Source: Anaerolineales bacterium (lineage in GTDB: Bacteria > Chloroflexota > Anaerolineae > Anaerolineales > UBA11579). From it: a stretch of DNA of 64,000 nt. Position 1 is the stretch's first letter, and every line of letters starts with the position of its first letter. Below are positions 43,365 through 52,025 of the stretch, piece after piece. The notes beneath the pieces were generated by a model. It searched no databases. It was not told where the DNA came from and saw only the letters and a program-made list of their open reading frames with translations. The stretch is from assembly GCA_035291465.1 (NCBI GenBank), contig DATDRZ010000048.1, positions 630-64,629 on the forward strand, written 5' to 3'. The position numbers were made by a program, and so were the translations under genes.

Positions 43365-43891
43365 TGAGGAAATTATTCGAACTCGATGCGCGCCTTTCGG
43401 CGCGCTTGCGCGTGGCGGAGAAACCCGGAAAGCGCCGCCGGCTGGCCATCATCTTCGGCCATTCCGGCGACTCCTGGTTCTGGCTACTGGGTTTATTGCT
43501 GCTCACCGGGCTGGGCGCTGAACCCTGGCGCCAATTTGCCATCTTGTTGATCTCTGGAATCCTGCTGACAGCCGCGGTCGTTCTACTCCTCAAATTCAGC
43601 GTGCGGCGCCAGCGCCCAGAAGGCGAGTGGGGCCAGATTTATAGGCGCGCTGACCCGCATTCTTTTCCATCCGGGCATGCAGCCCGTGCCCTAATGCTCG
43701 CGGTGGTGGCTCTTGCACTGGCGCCGGCCGCCTGGGCGGGTTGGCTACTCATCATTTGGGCGCCGCTTGTAGGGCTTGCCAGGGTCGCGACGGGTCTCCA
43801 CTACGTATCAGATGTCCTGGCCGGCTGGATTTTGGGGCTAATAATGGGCTTAGCCATGATTCAATTGTCACCCTTGATCCCCGCGTTCTGA
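43364..43891 (+). CDS. PAP2-family membrane phosphatase
   Basis: KFSVRRQRP, SFPSGHA, RVATGLHYVSDVLAG are the three PAP2 motifs. ATGA-type overlap. Confidence 0.85.
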   Translation: MRKLFELDARLSARLRVAEKPGKRRRLAIIFGHSGDSWFWLLGLLLLTGLGAEPWRQFAILLISGILLTAAVVLLLKFSVRRQRPEGEWGQIYRRADPHSFPSGHAARALMLAVVALALAPAAWAGWLLIIWAPLVGLARVATGLHYVSDVLAGWILGLIMGLAMIQLSPLIPAF

Positions 43892-43986
43892 GCATTAATC
43901 TGAAACTTGTCGATTTCGATTTTCAAGTTTCGAATTTCAAATTCGCAATTCTCCATTCGAAACTCGACATTGGTTTTAGTCGGTAG

Positions 43987-44073
43987 CGGAGAGGGAGGGA
44001 TTCGAACCCTCGATACCTTGCGGTATACGCGCTTTCCAAGCGCGCGCACTAGGCCAGACTATGCGACCTCTCC
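43987..44073 (-). tRNA. tRNA-Ser (anticodon GGA)
   Basis: The reverse complement reads GGAGAGG-TC-GCATAGTCTGGCCTAGTGC-G-CGCGC-TTGGAAA-GCGCG-variable arm-GAGGGTTCGAATCCCTC-CCTCTCC-G. Confidence 0.88.
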
Positions 44074-44098
44074 AAATTGGCAAAGGAAAAATTATAGC

Positions 44099-44635
44099 AT
44101 GCAGAGCTACGGGCAATACCGTTACAATCTCGATGCGATGGCGCACACAATCTATCTCGGACTTGGTAGCAATCTCGGTGATCGTAAAGCCTATCTTGAC
44201 GGAGCTGTCAGTGCCATGGCGCCAGCGATCTGCGTCCGGCGCCGCTCACTGATTTACGAAACTGCGCCCTGGGGTTACACCGAGCAAGACGACTTCCTAA
44301 ACATGGTAATCGAAGCTGAGACCGAGCTCGGCCCAAAGCAATTGCTAATTCTGATAAAAGGCATTGAAGTCAAGCTTGGCCGCCAGCTGCGCTTCCGTAA
44401 CGGCCCGCGCGAGATCGACATCGATATTCTGCTTTACGATGATCTCATCTTCGAGGATGCCGGGCTGCGCCTCCCGCATCCCAGGCTACATGAGCGCGCT
44501 TTCATCCTTGCGCCGCTGGCTGACCTGGCGCCCGATCTATTAATCCCCGGCGAGGGTAAAACCGTCGCCGAATGCCTGGCGGTCGCAGATGCCGTTGGTA
44601 TCCACAAATTCAATGCAGATGACTCCCACGACTAG
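44099..44635 (+). CDS. folK: 2-amino-4-hydroxy-6-hydroxymethyldihydropteridine diphosphokinase
   Basis: The tracked ORF is trimmed because its first 64 codons overlap the tRNA. LGLGSNLGDR, ETAPWGY, GPREIDIDIL, HPRLHERAFIL. Alternative start 44138. Confidence 0.88.
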   Translation: MQSYGQYRYNLDAMAHTIYLGLGSNLGDRKAYLDGAVSAMAPAICVRRRSLIYETAPWGYTEQDDFLNMVIEAETELGPKQLLILIKGIEVKLGRQLRFRNGPREIDIDILLYDDLIFEDAGLRLPHPRLHERAFILAPLADLAPDLLIPGEGKTVAECLAVADAVGIHKFNADDSHD

Positions 44636-45617
44636 ACAAAAACTCCTTTTCTGGCTGCTGTTGGCGGCTGCTTCCAGCTTCTTCGCCGAGGTGATCAGTG
44701 GCTCTGAGCTCTTCCCATTTTCCACGCCAAATGGATTGCTTTTGGTCGTGCCCCTTTACGGATTGCACATCCTCCTCTTATCCGGGATGGTGTATTCAAA
44801 AGGGATTCCCCGCTTCCACACGCTTTTCTTCGCTGGCATGCTTTTCGGACTATATGAGGCCTACATCACCAAGGTTCTTTGGAACCCATTCTGGGAAGGT
44901 CCTTTCTTCCACATTCTAGAGATCGAGATCCCAGCCGCCACAACTTTGGTCCTTTGGTGGCATCCCTTCATGTCCTTCATTGTTCCACTCATGCTGGTTG
45001 AAATCTTTGCTACCACATCAAGCACGGTATTTGAAAGCCTGCCGGGTCGCCTGCGCGGTTGGCTGGGCAGCCCGCGCATTCAGGTCGGCCTCGCCATGGC
45101 CGCGGGTTTGCTGCAGACAGCAGGCAAGCCACCGCTGCTCAGTTTCATCGCTGGCATTGTCGGGCTGTTGGTGCTCTGGCTGCTCCTCGCCTGGTGGCGT
45201 CGCACGAATCGCAACAAACTGCCTCTGACGCAACTGCTCCCCGCTAACCGTCAACTGCGCTGGGTCTTGGCATTTCTGATCCTGCTCTATCTGCTCACCG
45301 GCTTCAACATTCGCCCCGAAGCACTCCCGGGGGTAACTGGCCATGTCGTCATTCTAGCGATCTATATACTCACCGGCTTACTCCTCTGGCGCGGGCTGCG
45401 CCAATCGTCCGCCAAAGAGCCAGCCGCATCGGCAATTGATCTCCCCGCCCGACGCGTCTTCACGCTCGTTTCTGTTTACCTGCTCGCCACTTTACTCAGC
45501 TCATTCTTCCCGGACAACATCAAGCTAATCATCTTTGTTGCCGAAACAATTTTCGGATGGATTTTCGGCATCTCAATATTCATCTACTGTCTACGCCAGG
45601 TATTCAAGAGATCATGA
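44613..45617 (+). CDS. polytopic membrane protein, unknown function, embedded between folK and folP
   Basis: About 10 TM helices. Overlaps the folK end by 23 nt and the folP start by 4 nt (ATGA). Confidence 0.65.
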   Translation: MQMTPTTRQKLLFWLLLAAASSFFAEVISGSELFPFSTPNGLLLVVPLYGLHILLLSGMVYSKGIPRFHTLFFAGMLFGLYEAYITKVLWNPFWEGPFFHILEIEIPAATTLVLWWHPFMSFIVPLMLVEIFATTSSTVFESLPGRLRGWLGSPRIQVGLAMAAGLLQTAGKPPLLSFIAGIVGLLVLWLLLAWWRRTNRNKLPLTQLLPANRQLRWVLAFLILLYLLTGFNIRPEALPGVTGHVVILAIYILTGLLLWRGLRQSSAKEPAASAIDLPARRVFTLVSVYLLATLLSSFFPDNIKLIIFVAETIFGWIFGISIFIYCLRQVFKRS

Positions 45618-46492
45618 AAGACCTCCATATCGCTAACCGTACTTTCGCCTGGGGCGCCCGCACTTACATAATGGGCATTCTCAATGTCACTCCAGATAGC
45701 TTTTCCGGGGATGGGTTGATCTCCGAAACAGATACGGTCTACCGCGCCCTGGCGCAGGCCGATCGCTTTGCCAAAGCCGGCGTGGATATCCTGGATGTAG
45801 GTGGGGAAAGCACACGGCCTGGAGCCGAACCTGTCAGCGCGGTCCAAGAGCAAGACCGAGTGATTCCAGTCATCCAGGCACTGGCTTCCGAAGTGAATAT
45901 CCCCGTCTCAATAGATACGTACAAGGCCGAAGTGGCCGCGGCCGCCCTGGATGCTGGCGCCCATCTTGTAAATGATGTTTGGGCTTTGCGCGCGGATCCG
46001 GATCTTGCCACCCTGGTCGGCGAGCGCGGAGCGCCGGTCATTTTGATGCATAACCGCAGCAATCCCGCCAACGCCGACCTGCGCGAACACCTTGGTGGGC
46101 GCTATATTGGTGTGGAATACGAGAATCTGATCGAGGATATCAAACGGGAACTGATGGAAAGTGTAGCCATTGCAAAGGAAGGTGGCGTCCCAGATGAACA
46201 CATCATCCTGGATCCGGGCATCGGTTTCGGGAAAACGGTGGAGCAAAACCTGGAGTTGGTAAATCGTTGTGGCGAGGTCCGTGAACTCGGCTACTCCTTA
46301 CTTGTTGGCCCCTCGCGCAAATCGTTCATTGGCTACACGCTGGACCTTCCGCCGGACCAGCGCGTCGAAGGCACCGCTGCGGCGGTGGCAATTGCTATTG
46401 CCCGCGGCGCGGACATCGTGCGCGTCCACGACGTGGAAGTTATCGCGCGCGTCGTAAAGATGACAGACGCGATAGTTAGAAGAGGTGCTTAA
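45614..46492 (+). CDS. folP: dihydropteroate synthase
   Basis: Trimmed to Met20. IMGILNVTPDSFSGDG, DVGGESTRPG, VRVHDV. Confidence 0.92.
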   Translation: MKDLHIANRTFAWGARTYIMGILNVTPDSFSGDGLISETDTVYRALAQADRFAKAGVDILDVGGESTRPGAEPVSAVQEQDRVIPVIQALASEVNIPVSIDTYKAEVAAAALDAGAHLVNDVWALRADPDLATLVGERGAPVILMHNRSNPANADLREHLGGRYIGVEYENLIEDIKRELMESVAIAKEGGVPDEHIILDPGIGFGKTVEQNLELVNRCGEVRELGYSLLVGPSRKSFIGYTLDLPPDQRVEGTAAAVAIAIARGADIVRVHDVEVIARVVKMTDAIVRRGA

Positions 46493-47100
46493 AAAGGAGC
46501 TCCAAATGGAATCTCAACCGAAGCCAGCAATTCTGCAAAATTCATCAGCCCGTATTCTTCCCAGCGATCATATTCAGCAGTCACATATCCAAACCCAAAA
46601 GCCAGGAAGGAAACTTCTTCCCCTAGATCGATGACCACATAGTTCCCTGAGATAACAGATCCACTCAAAACGCCCGAAAAATCAGCCCGTGTTCCCGTCA
46701 TGCCCGAAACCTTAGTTTTAGTATCTGCTTGGACTTCAACGCCTTCGAAAATTGCAAAAATGTCCTCCAACAGGCTCTGGGCTGTGCGTTCATCCTCATC
46801 TGCGCCGATTACGGCAAGCGAAAGGAACACTTCCTGACCCACATCGCTTATAAAAACTGCCTTTTCTTCCAGATCGGCATGATAATTCAACGGGGTGATA
46901 AAAGAAAAGAATCCCCCCACATGCTTCCGCTCGCCAATTGGGGTTCTCGCCGCCGCTGTTTCGGTTGGCGGGAAGGTCGGCTCCGGAGTAGAACTTGCCA
47001 GTGAAACAACGGTGACCGCCGCGGCCGGTTCACCAGCCGCTGGCTGGCAGGCAATCAAAAACACACCAATCACTAATGGGAAGAAGCCAGTTCTTCTCAT
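46489..47100 (-). CDS. lipoprotein, unknown function
   Basis: Trimmed to Met38. MRRTGFFPLVIGVFLIAC is a lipobox. Confidence 0.65.
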   Translation of the reverse strand: MRRTGFFPLVIGVFLIACQPAAGEPAAAVTVVSLASSTPEPTFPPTETAAARTPIGERKHVGGFFSFITPLNYHADLEEKAVFISDVGQEVFLSLAVIGADEDERTAQSLLEDIFAIFEGVEVQADTKTKVSGMTGTRADFSGVLSGSVISGNYVVIDLGEEVSFLAFGFGYVTAEYDRWEEYGLMNFAELLASVEIPFGAPF

Positions 47101-47102
47101 TT

Positions 47103-47630
47103 TCAATCCCTGGGCACCCCTCTCTCGCCTGCGGGAGAGGGACTGGGGGTGAGGGTCAGGTTCTTTTCCATCACAATGGCATCTTCGTCGCCTTGATAGT
47201 ATTGGGGCCACACATCGATCTGCTCGTAACCCCGGCCTTGGTAAAGCTTTTGCGCGGCTTTATTACCGGCGCGCACGCTGAGGCGCATACGTGGCATCCC
47301 GGCACGCTCCTCGGCTACCTGCATCAGCTGCCCGCCAATCCCGCGGCCGCGATAATCGGGATGCACGGCAATGGTGGCGATCCAGGCCACCTGCTGTCTC
47401 CGTCGGATGTCGGCGGCGACAAAGCCTACCAACTTCTCGCCGATCATCGCCTTCCAGCGCTCGATGCTGGGCAGGCTGAGCACTCCGATCATCTCGATCA
47501 GCGGCCAAGCGTCCAGCGGGAAGCTGAGGTGCTCCAGCTCACGCACCGCGTTGAGGTCCCACAGATTGGCGGGCAGGATTTCGATTGATTGCGCACGTTT
47601 GGGCATAACTAGGGCCGAAAGATTATACAT
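47103..47630 (-). CDS. rimI: GNAT N-acetyltransferase, RimI-like
   Basis: IATIAVHPDYRGRGIGGQLM (acetyl-CoA site). The last 18 codons (LTLTPSPSPAGERGVPRD) are encoded by a REP-like element. Confidence 0.75.
   Translation of the reverse strand: MYNLSALVMPKRAQSIEILPANLWDLNAVRELEHLSFPLDAWPLIEMIGVLSLPSIERWKAMIGEKLVGFVAADIRRRQQVAWIATIAVHPDYRGRGIGGQLMQVAEERAGMPRMRLSVRAGNKAAQKLYQGRGYEQIDVWPQYYQGDEDAIVMEKNLTLTPSPSPAGERGVPRD
47116..47160. repeat. REP-like GC-rich hairpin element, copy 2
   Basis: CCCCTCTCTCGCCTGCGGGAGAGGGACTGGGGGTGAGGGT; compare 1509-1564. Confidence 0.4.
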
Positions 47631-47826
47631 GTCCCGAGCGAGCCGCTTGCGGCGACGAGGGATACCTCGTGCATGGTATTATTCGCCAGAAGGGTTAATG
47701 AAGCATGCCACATTCGTTTTGGAGAACGAAGAAAATGCCCATGCAAAAAAACCAGACCAACCTCGTTCTCCAAAAGATCGGCGATAAAAGGCCGCTAATG
47801 AAAAATCAACCTCAAACGCCGACCGT

Positions 47827-48684
47827 ATGAAACTCAAGCTGGCGCTGGTGCAAATGGACACTCGCCTTGGCGTGATGAGCGCCAATCTCGAAAAGCACCT
47901 CGATTACATTAAAAAGGCCAAAGGGGCAGACCTGGTTATCTTCCCCGAACTCTCTCTAACAGGTTACATCCTTCAAGATTTGGTTCCCACCGTGGTCTCT
48001 CGCCCCACCAGCCACGACCCAACTTTCAAGACCTTGCTGCAGGCAAGCAAAGACACTGACCTATTAGTGGGGTTCGTCGAAGAAGACGACCGCCATCGCT
48101 ATTTCAATTCCGCCGCATACTTGTCAAAAGGCGAAGTCGTCCACATCCACCGCAAAGTTTATCTGCCGACCTACAGCATGTTCGACGAAGGTCGCTTCTG
48201 GGCCTGGGGCGATTCGGTGCGCGCCTTCGACACGCGCTTTGGCCGTGCCGGAGTTTTGATCTGCGAGGATTTCTGGCACGCCTCTAACCCTTATTTACTT
48301 TGGATGGACGGCGCCGACTTGTTCTATTTCATTTCCGTATCCCCCAGCCGCGGCTTGACCACCGACGAGAATTTCGATTCTGCTGCCTTTGTCGAGCACG
48401 TAGGCCAGGCTTACGCCAGCCTGTTCACCAGCTTCGTGGCCCAGACCAATCGTGTGGGCTACGAAGATGGCATCAATTTCTGGGGCGGCGCCAGCGTTTA
48501 TGACCCCAATGGCGAGCAGATCGCCAAGGGCCTGTATCACGAAGAATCGCTTACCCTCGCCGAGCTGGATCTGGACGAATTGGAGCGCGCGCGCAAGCGA
48601 CTGCCCCTTCTGCGCGATGAGCGCAGTGCGCTGGTGCAACGCGAACTGAACCGCATCCTGCAGCAACGCGGGAGGACATTCTGA
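47827..48684 (+). CDS. carbon-nitrogen hydrolase (glutaminase partner of NAD synthetase)
   Basis: Glu-Lys-Cys triad contexts FPELSLTGY, HRKVYLP, VLICEDFWH. Confidence 0.85.
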   Translation: MKLKLALVQMDTRLGVMSANLEKHLDYIKKAKGADLVIFPELSLTGYILQDLVPTVVSRPTSHDPTFKTLLQASKDTDLLVGFVEEDDRHRYFNSAAYLSKGEVVHIHRKVYLPTYSMFDEGRFWAWGDSVRAFDTRFGRAGVLICEDFWHASNPYLLWMDGADLFYFISVSPSRGLTTDENFDSAAFVEHVGQAYASLFTSFVAQTNRVGYEDGINFWGGASVYDPNGEQIAKGLYHEESLTLAELDLDELERARKRLPLLRDERSALVQRELNRILQQRGRTF

Positions 48685-48752
48685 ACGTCAAATCCGACGC
48701 TGCCACTGAAATCCTGGAAAACCTGCGCATCAACACGGACGTCGCCCGCCGC

Positions 48753-49535
48753 GTGCTCACCGGCTTCATCCGTTCGGAAGTGACCCGCGTGGCCTTCAAG
48801 CGCGTTGTCCTGGGTCTTTCCGGCGGTATCGATTCAGCGGTCGCCTGCTACCTGGCGGCCGAAGCCCTGGGTCCAGAAAACGTACTGGCTCTGCGCCTTC
48901 CCTACAAAACTTCGTCGCCGGACTCACTCCCCCATGCCCAATTAGTGATCGATGCTCTTGGCATACAGAGCAAGACCATTGACATCACCCCCATGGTGGA
49001 CCCCTATCTCGATGCCAACCCGGACATGGACAAGATCCGCCGGGGTAACGTGATGGCACGGGAGCGCATGATCATTTGGTACGACCATTCCGTCGCCTTC
49101 AACGCCCTGGTGCTGGGTACCAGCAACAAGACTGAGCTCCTGCTAGGCTACACCACACATTACGGGGACAACGCCTCGGCCATCAATCCCAATGGCGACC
49201 TTTACAAGACACAATTACGCCAACTCGCCAAAGCCCTCGGGGTCCCGCAGGTCATTCAAGACAAGAACCCATCGGCCGACCTCTGGGCAGGGCAAACCAC
49301 CGAGGGCGAGCTCGGCTTTACTTACGAAGAAGTGGATAGCCTGCTTTACTTGCTGGTAGATCGGCGCTACAATCCCGAGCAGTGCGTGACCTCCGGTTTC
49401 AAACGCGACTTCGTGGACACTGTGTTGGAGCGCGTGCGTCGCAACCAGTTCAAGCGTATGACGCCACTGGTGGCCAAAGTCAGCAACCGCACGGTGGGTT
49501 ACGATTTCTTGTATTTGCGCGACTGGGGAACCTGA
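48753..49535 (+). CDS. nadE: NAD+ synthetase (PP-loop ATP pyrophosphatase domain)
   Basis: VLGLSGGIDSAV (SGGxDS). The first canonical start is GTG 48753. The true start may lie upstream, for example CTG 48681 behind GGAGG. Confidence 0.85.
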   Translation: MLTGFIRSEVTRVAFKRVVLGLSGGIDSAVACYLAAEALGPENVLALRLPYKTSSPDSLPHAQLVIDALGIQSKTIDITPMVDPYLDANPDMDKIRRGNVMARERMIIWYDHSVAFNALVLGTSNKTELLLGYTTHYGDNASAINPNGDLYKTQLRQLAKALGVPQVIQDKNPSADLWAGQTTEGELGFTYEEVDSLLYLLVDRRYNPEQCVTSGFKRDFVDTVLERVRRNQFKRMTPLVAKVSNRTVGYDFLYLRDWGT

Positions 49536-49714
49536 ATTAGTAGACAAGTAAACCGATAAACAAGTACACAAGGATCTTGCGAACTTAATGTGGAAATCGC
49601 CTATCGGGGTTTTTGCTTATCACTATTTACTTTTCTACTCGCGTACTTAACTGGCATCGATTATGCATCTTGGGTGATAACTAAAGGCTCATTAATGCTA
49701 TTCGCGTTCCTACT

Positions 49715-49723
49715 TGCTATAAT
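49715..49723 (+). promoter_or_regulatory. extended -10 promoter TGcTATAAT, 12 nt before the ATG (near-leaderless)
   Basis: CTTGCTATAATCTCGGCCGATTTATG. No SD. Confidence 0.4.
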
Positions 49724-49735
49724 CTCGGCCGATTT

Positions 49736-51157
49736 ATGACCACCCTAAACGCTTCAAAACCATCGATATTTCGCCGTCTGGCAACAAACTTTGGCCGCCT
49801 GGACCGCCTTACCAAGGGATTCCTCCTCGCGTTCGTAGTCGCCGGCATTGCCACGGGGGCAACAGCCTTCGGGTTTGTTCGCCAATTTGTGGAAAGCTCG
49901 CCCTCCTTCACGCTTCCTGGTCTGGCTATTCACGAGGAAGGCACTTCTACCAGCGGCGAAGCCATCACGCCTGAATCGGAAACAGTCTACGGTTACCAAG
50001 AGCCAGTGCCGTGGGATGGGTCGAGCCGGGTGAATATCCTGATCATGGGCTTGGACGCCCGCGATTGGGAGGCGGGAGACAACGCGCCGCGCACCGACAC
50101 CATGATGGTGCTGACCTACGACCCGGTCACCCACACGGCGGGAATGCTCTCCGTACCGCGTGACTTGTGGGTGGACATCCCCGGTTTCGGCCACGACAAG
50201 ATCAATAACGCATATTCACTGGGTGAAGCCAACAGGCTGCCAGGCGGGGGAGCGGGCTTGGCGGTGAAAACGGTGGAGCAATTCCTTGGCATCACCATCA
50301 ACTATTACGCCCAAATCGATTTCTCCGCCTTTGAAAGATTTATCGACATCATTGGAGGAGTGAAAATCTATGTAGAGGAAACAGTTGAAGTTTCCATTAT
50401 TGGGAAAGATGGTACGCGAAAGATTAGGCCTGGTTGGCAAACCCTGGATGGGGCTTATGCTCTTGCCTATGCGCGTACCCGGTATACCGGGAACGGAGAT
50501 TTCGATCGCGCCCAACGGCAGCAGGAAGTCATCCTAGCCATGCGCAATCAATTAGCACGTGAAGACATCCGCGCTCTTGTCCTCAACAGCGCCCTGGAGA
50601 TCTACGACACGCTGGCCAGCGGGATCAACACCAACATGTCAGTGCAGGAGGCCCTTAGCCTAGCCTGGTCCGCAAAAGATATCAAGGTGGAAGAGATTAC
50701 GCAGGCGATTATTGCCCCACCGGAACACGTAACGATCCAAACCAGTCCGGAAGGACTTTCCATACTGAAACCGATCACGGAAAAAATACGCTTACTGCGC
50801 GATCAGGTGTTCGCCAGCGGCAGCGCTCGGAGCCAGTTGGCGCTAACCAGTCAGGCGGTGGACCTGATGAAGATGGAAGCGGCCAATGTAGTGGTGAACA
50901 ACGGCTCAGGGAATTCCGGGATCGCCGACGCTACTCGCGCTTACCTCGAAGGTCAGGGCATGATCATCGTCAGCACCGGCAACGCCGACGCAGCAAATGG
51001 CACTACGCTGATCGATTACACGGGCAACCCGTACACCCTGCAATACCTGGCGGCCCTCATGGGTGTGAACGCCAGCCACATCTTTAACCGCTACGACCCC
51101 AATAGCACTGTGGATGTGGAAATCATCATCGGTCCCGAGTGGGTGATCCCTCAATAA
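49736..51157 (+). CDS. LytR-CpsA-Psr (LCP) family glycopolymer ligase, paralog 2
   Basis: RTDTMMVLTYDP...MLSVPRDLW...DKINNAYSLG. Same architecture as 12180-13571. Confidence 0.9.
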   Translation: MTTLNASKPSIFRRLATNFGRLDRLTKGFLLAFVVAGIATGATAFGFVRQFVESSPSFTLPGLAIHEEGTSTSGEAITPESETVYGYQEPVPWDGSSRVNILIMGLDARDWEAGDNAPRTDTMMVLTYDPVTHTAGMLSVPRDLWVDIPGFGHDKINNAYSLGEANRLPGGGAGLAVKTVEQFLGITINYYAQIDFSAFERFIDIIGGVKIYVEETVEVSIIGKDGTRKIRPGWQTLDGAYALAYARTRYTGNGDFDRAQRQQEVILAMRNQLAREDIRALVLNSALEIYDTLASGINTNMSVQEALSLAWSAKDIKVEEITQAIIAPPEHVTIQTSPEGLSILKPITEKIRLLRDQVFASGSARSQLALTSQAVDLMKMEAANVVVNNGSGNSGIADATRAYLEGQGMIIVSTGNADAANGTTLIDYTGNPYTLQYLAALMGVNASHIFNRYDPNSTVDVEIIIGPEWVIPQ

Positions 51158-51173
51158 AAACAATTCTAAACGC

Positions 51174-51206
51174 AACGCCCAGCCAATGGCTGGGCGTTTT
51201 TATTTT
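51174..51206 (+). terminator. intrinsic terminator
   Basis: AACGCCCAGCC-AAT-GGCTGGGCGTT followed by TTTTATTTT. Confidence 0.8.
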
Positions 51207-51251
51207 AAGTCAGGGGCTCTAACGGATTAGGAGTCGTGCCAAGGAACTCGG

Positions 51252-52025
51252 CTATTCTGCTTCGTTGAATAAGAGCAACCAGGTGCCCCAGGCAGGCTCC
51301 CCGGCATCAGTTTCACAAGCGGCTGCCTGGATGCCGCCCATTGCTTCGACGCCATTGATAGACAGCGAATATACGAGGCGCGGCGTTAAAATGAATTCAG
51401 CATAGCCGGGACTCATTTCGGGGTGCAGACCTGTGGAAAGTTCGGCAACACCGTCTTGAGACCCAAGGGATAATTGCACACCCGCCTGCGGGTTGGCATT
51501 CGCATCAAATACAAAGAGCTGCAAATAGGGAGGAGTGTCCACTGCATCGCAAACCAATTCTTGATCCTGCAACTCGTAACGAGCCGATTCAGATCCCGAT
51601 TCGAACGGCGTGGAAAATTGGTTCAGATCCTCTTCCCTCGGTGTACTGATAACTTCTGCGGTCCCAGACTGGCTGGCTGCGAACTCCTGCATCACCGAGG
51701 CCAGGGCAGCCAGTGCTCGCGCTTCACGCTGCGTGGCGCTGTTGGCTAGTGCCAATTGCGCCTGTGTGGTCAAGGCCCGAACCGGGTCGCCGTCTTGCAG
51801 AAGGGCGATGCGAGCCTGGGCGCGGCCAAGATCGCCGGAGGCCGCAAACGCCAAGGCGGTCATTAAGCGATATTGATCCTTATAAGTATCTTCAAGGCTT
51901 GCGGGGCTCACGTCTGCGCCGCGCGCCGGCCAAAGGATCCCGGCAAGGATCAGGCCCGTCAGCAGCCCAAGCATGACCCCAGTGATCAAATATAGAGGAG
52001 GACGCTGCTGTCGATCGTTGATCAT
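51252..52025 (-). CDS. membrane-anchored hypothetical protein
   Basis: 257-aa ORF with an N-terminal TM (LYLITGVMLGLLTGLILAGILW). 4-nt overlap with the upstream gene. Confidence 0.55.
   Translation of the reverse strand: MINDRQQRPPLYLITGVMLGLLTGLILAGILWPARGADVSPASLEDTYKDQYRLMTALAFAASGDLGRAQARIALLQDGDPVRALTTQAQLALANSATQREARALAALASVMQEFAASQSGTAEVISTPREEDLNQFSTPFESGSESARYELQDQELVCDAVDTPPYLQLFVFDANANPQAGVQLSLGSQDGVAELSTGLHPEMSPGYAEFILTPRLVYSLSINGVEAMGGIQAAACETDAGEPAWGTWLLLFNEAE

Noticed and set aside
43907-44098. N-terminal 64 codons of the tracked folK ORF
   Set aside because: They run straight across the minus-strand tRNA-Ser(GGA) gene and an AT-rich spacer. HPPK homology begins after Met65/Met78.
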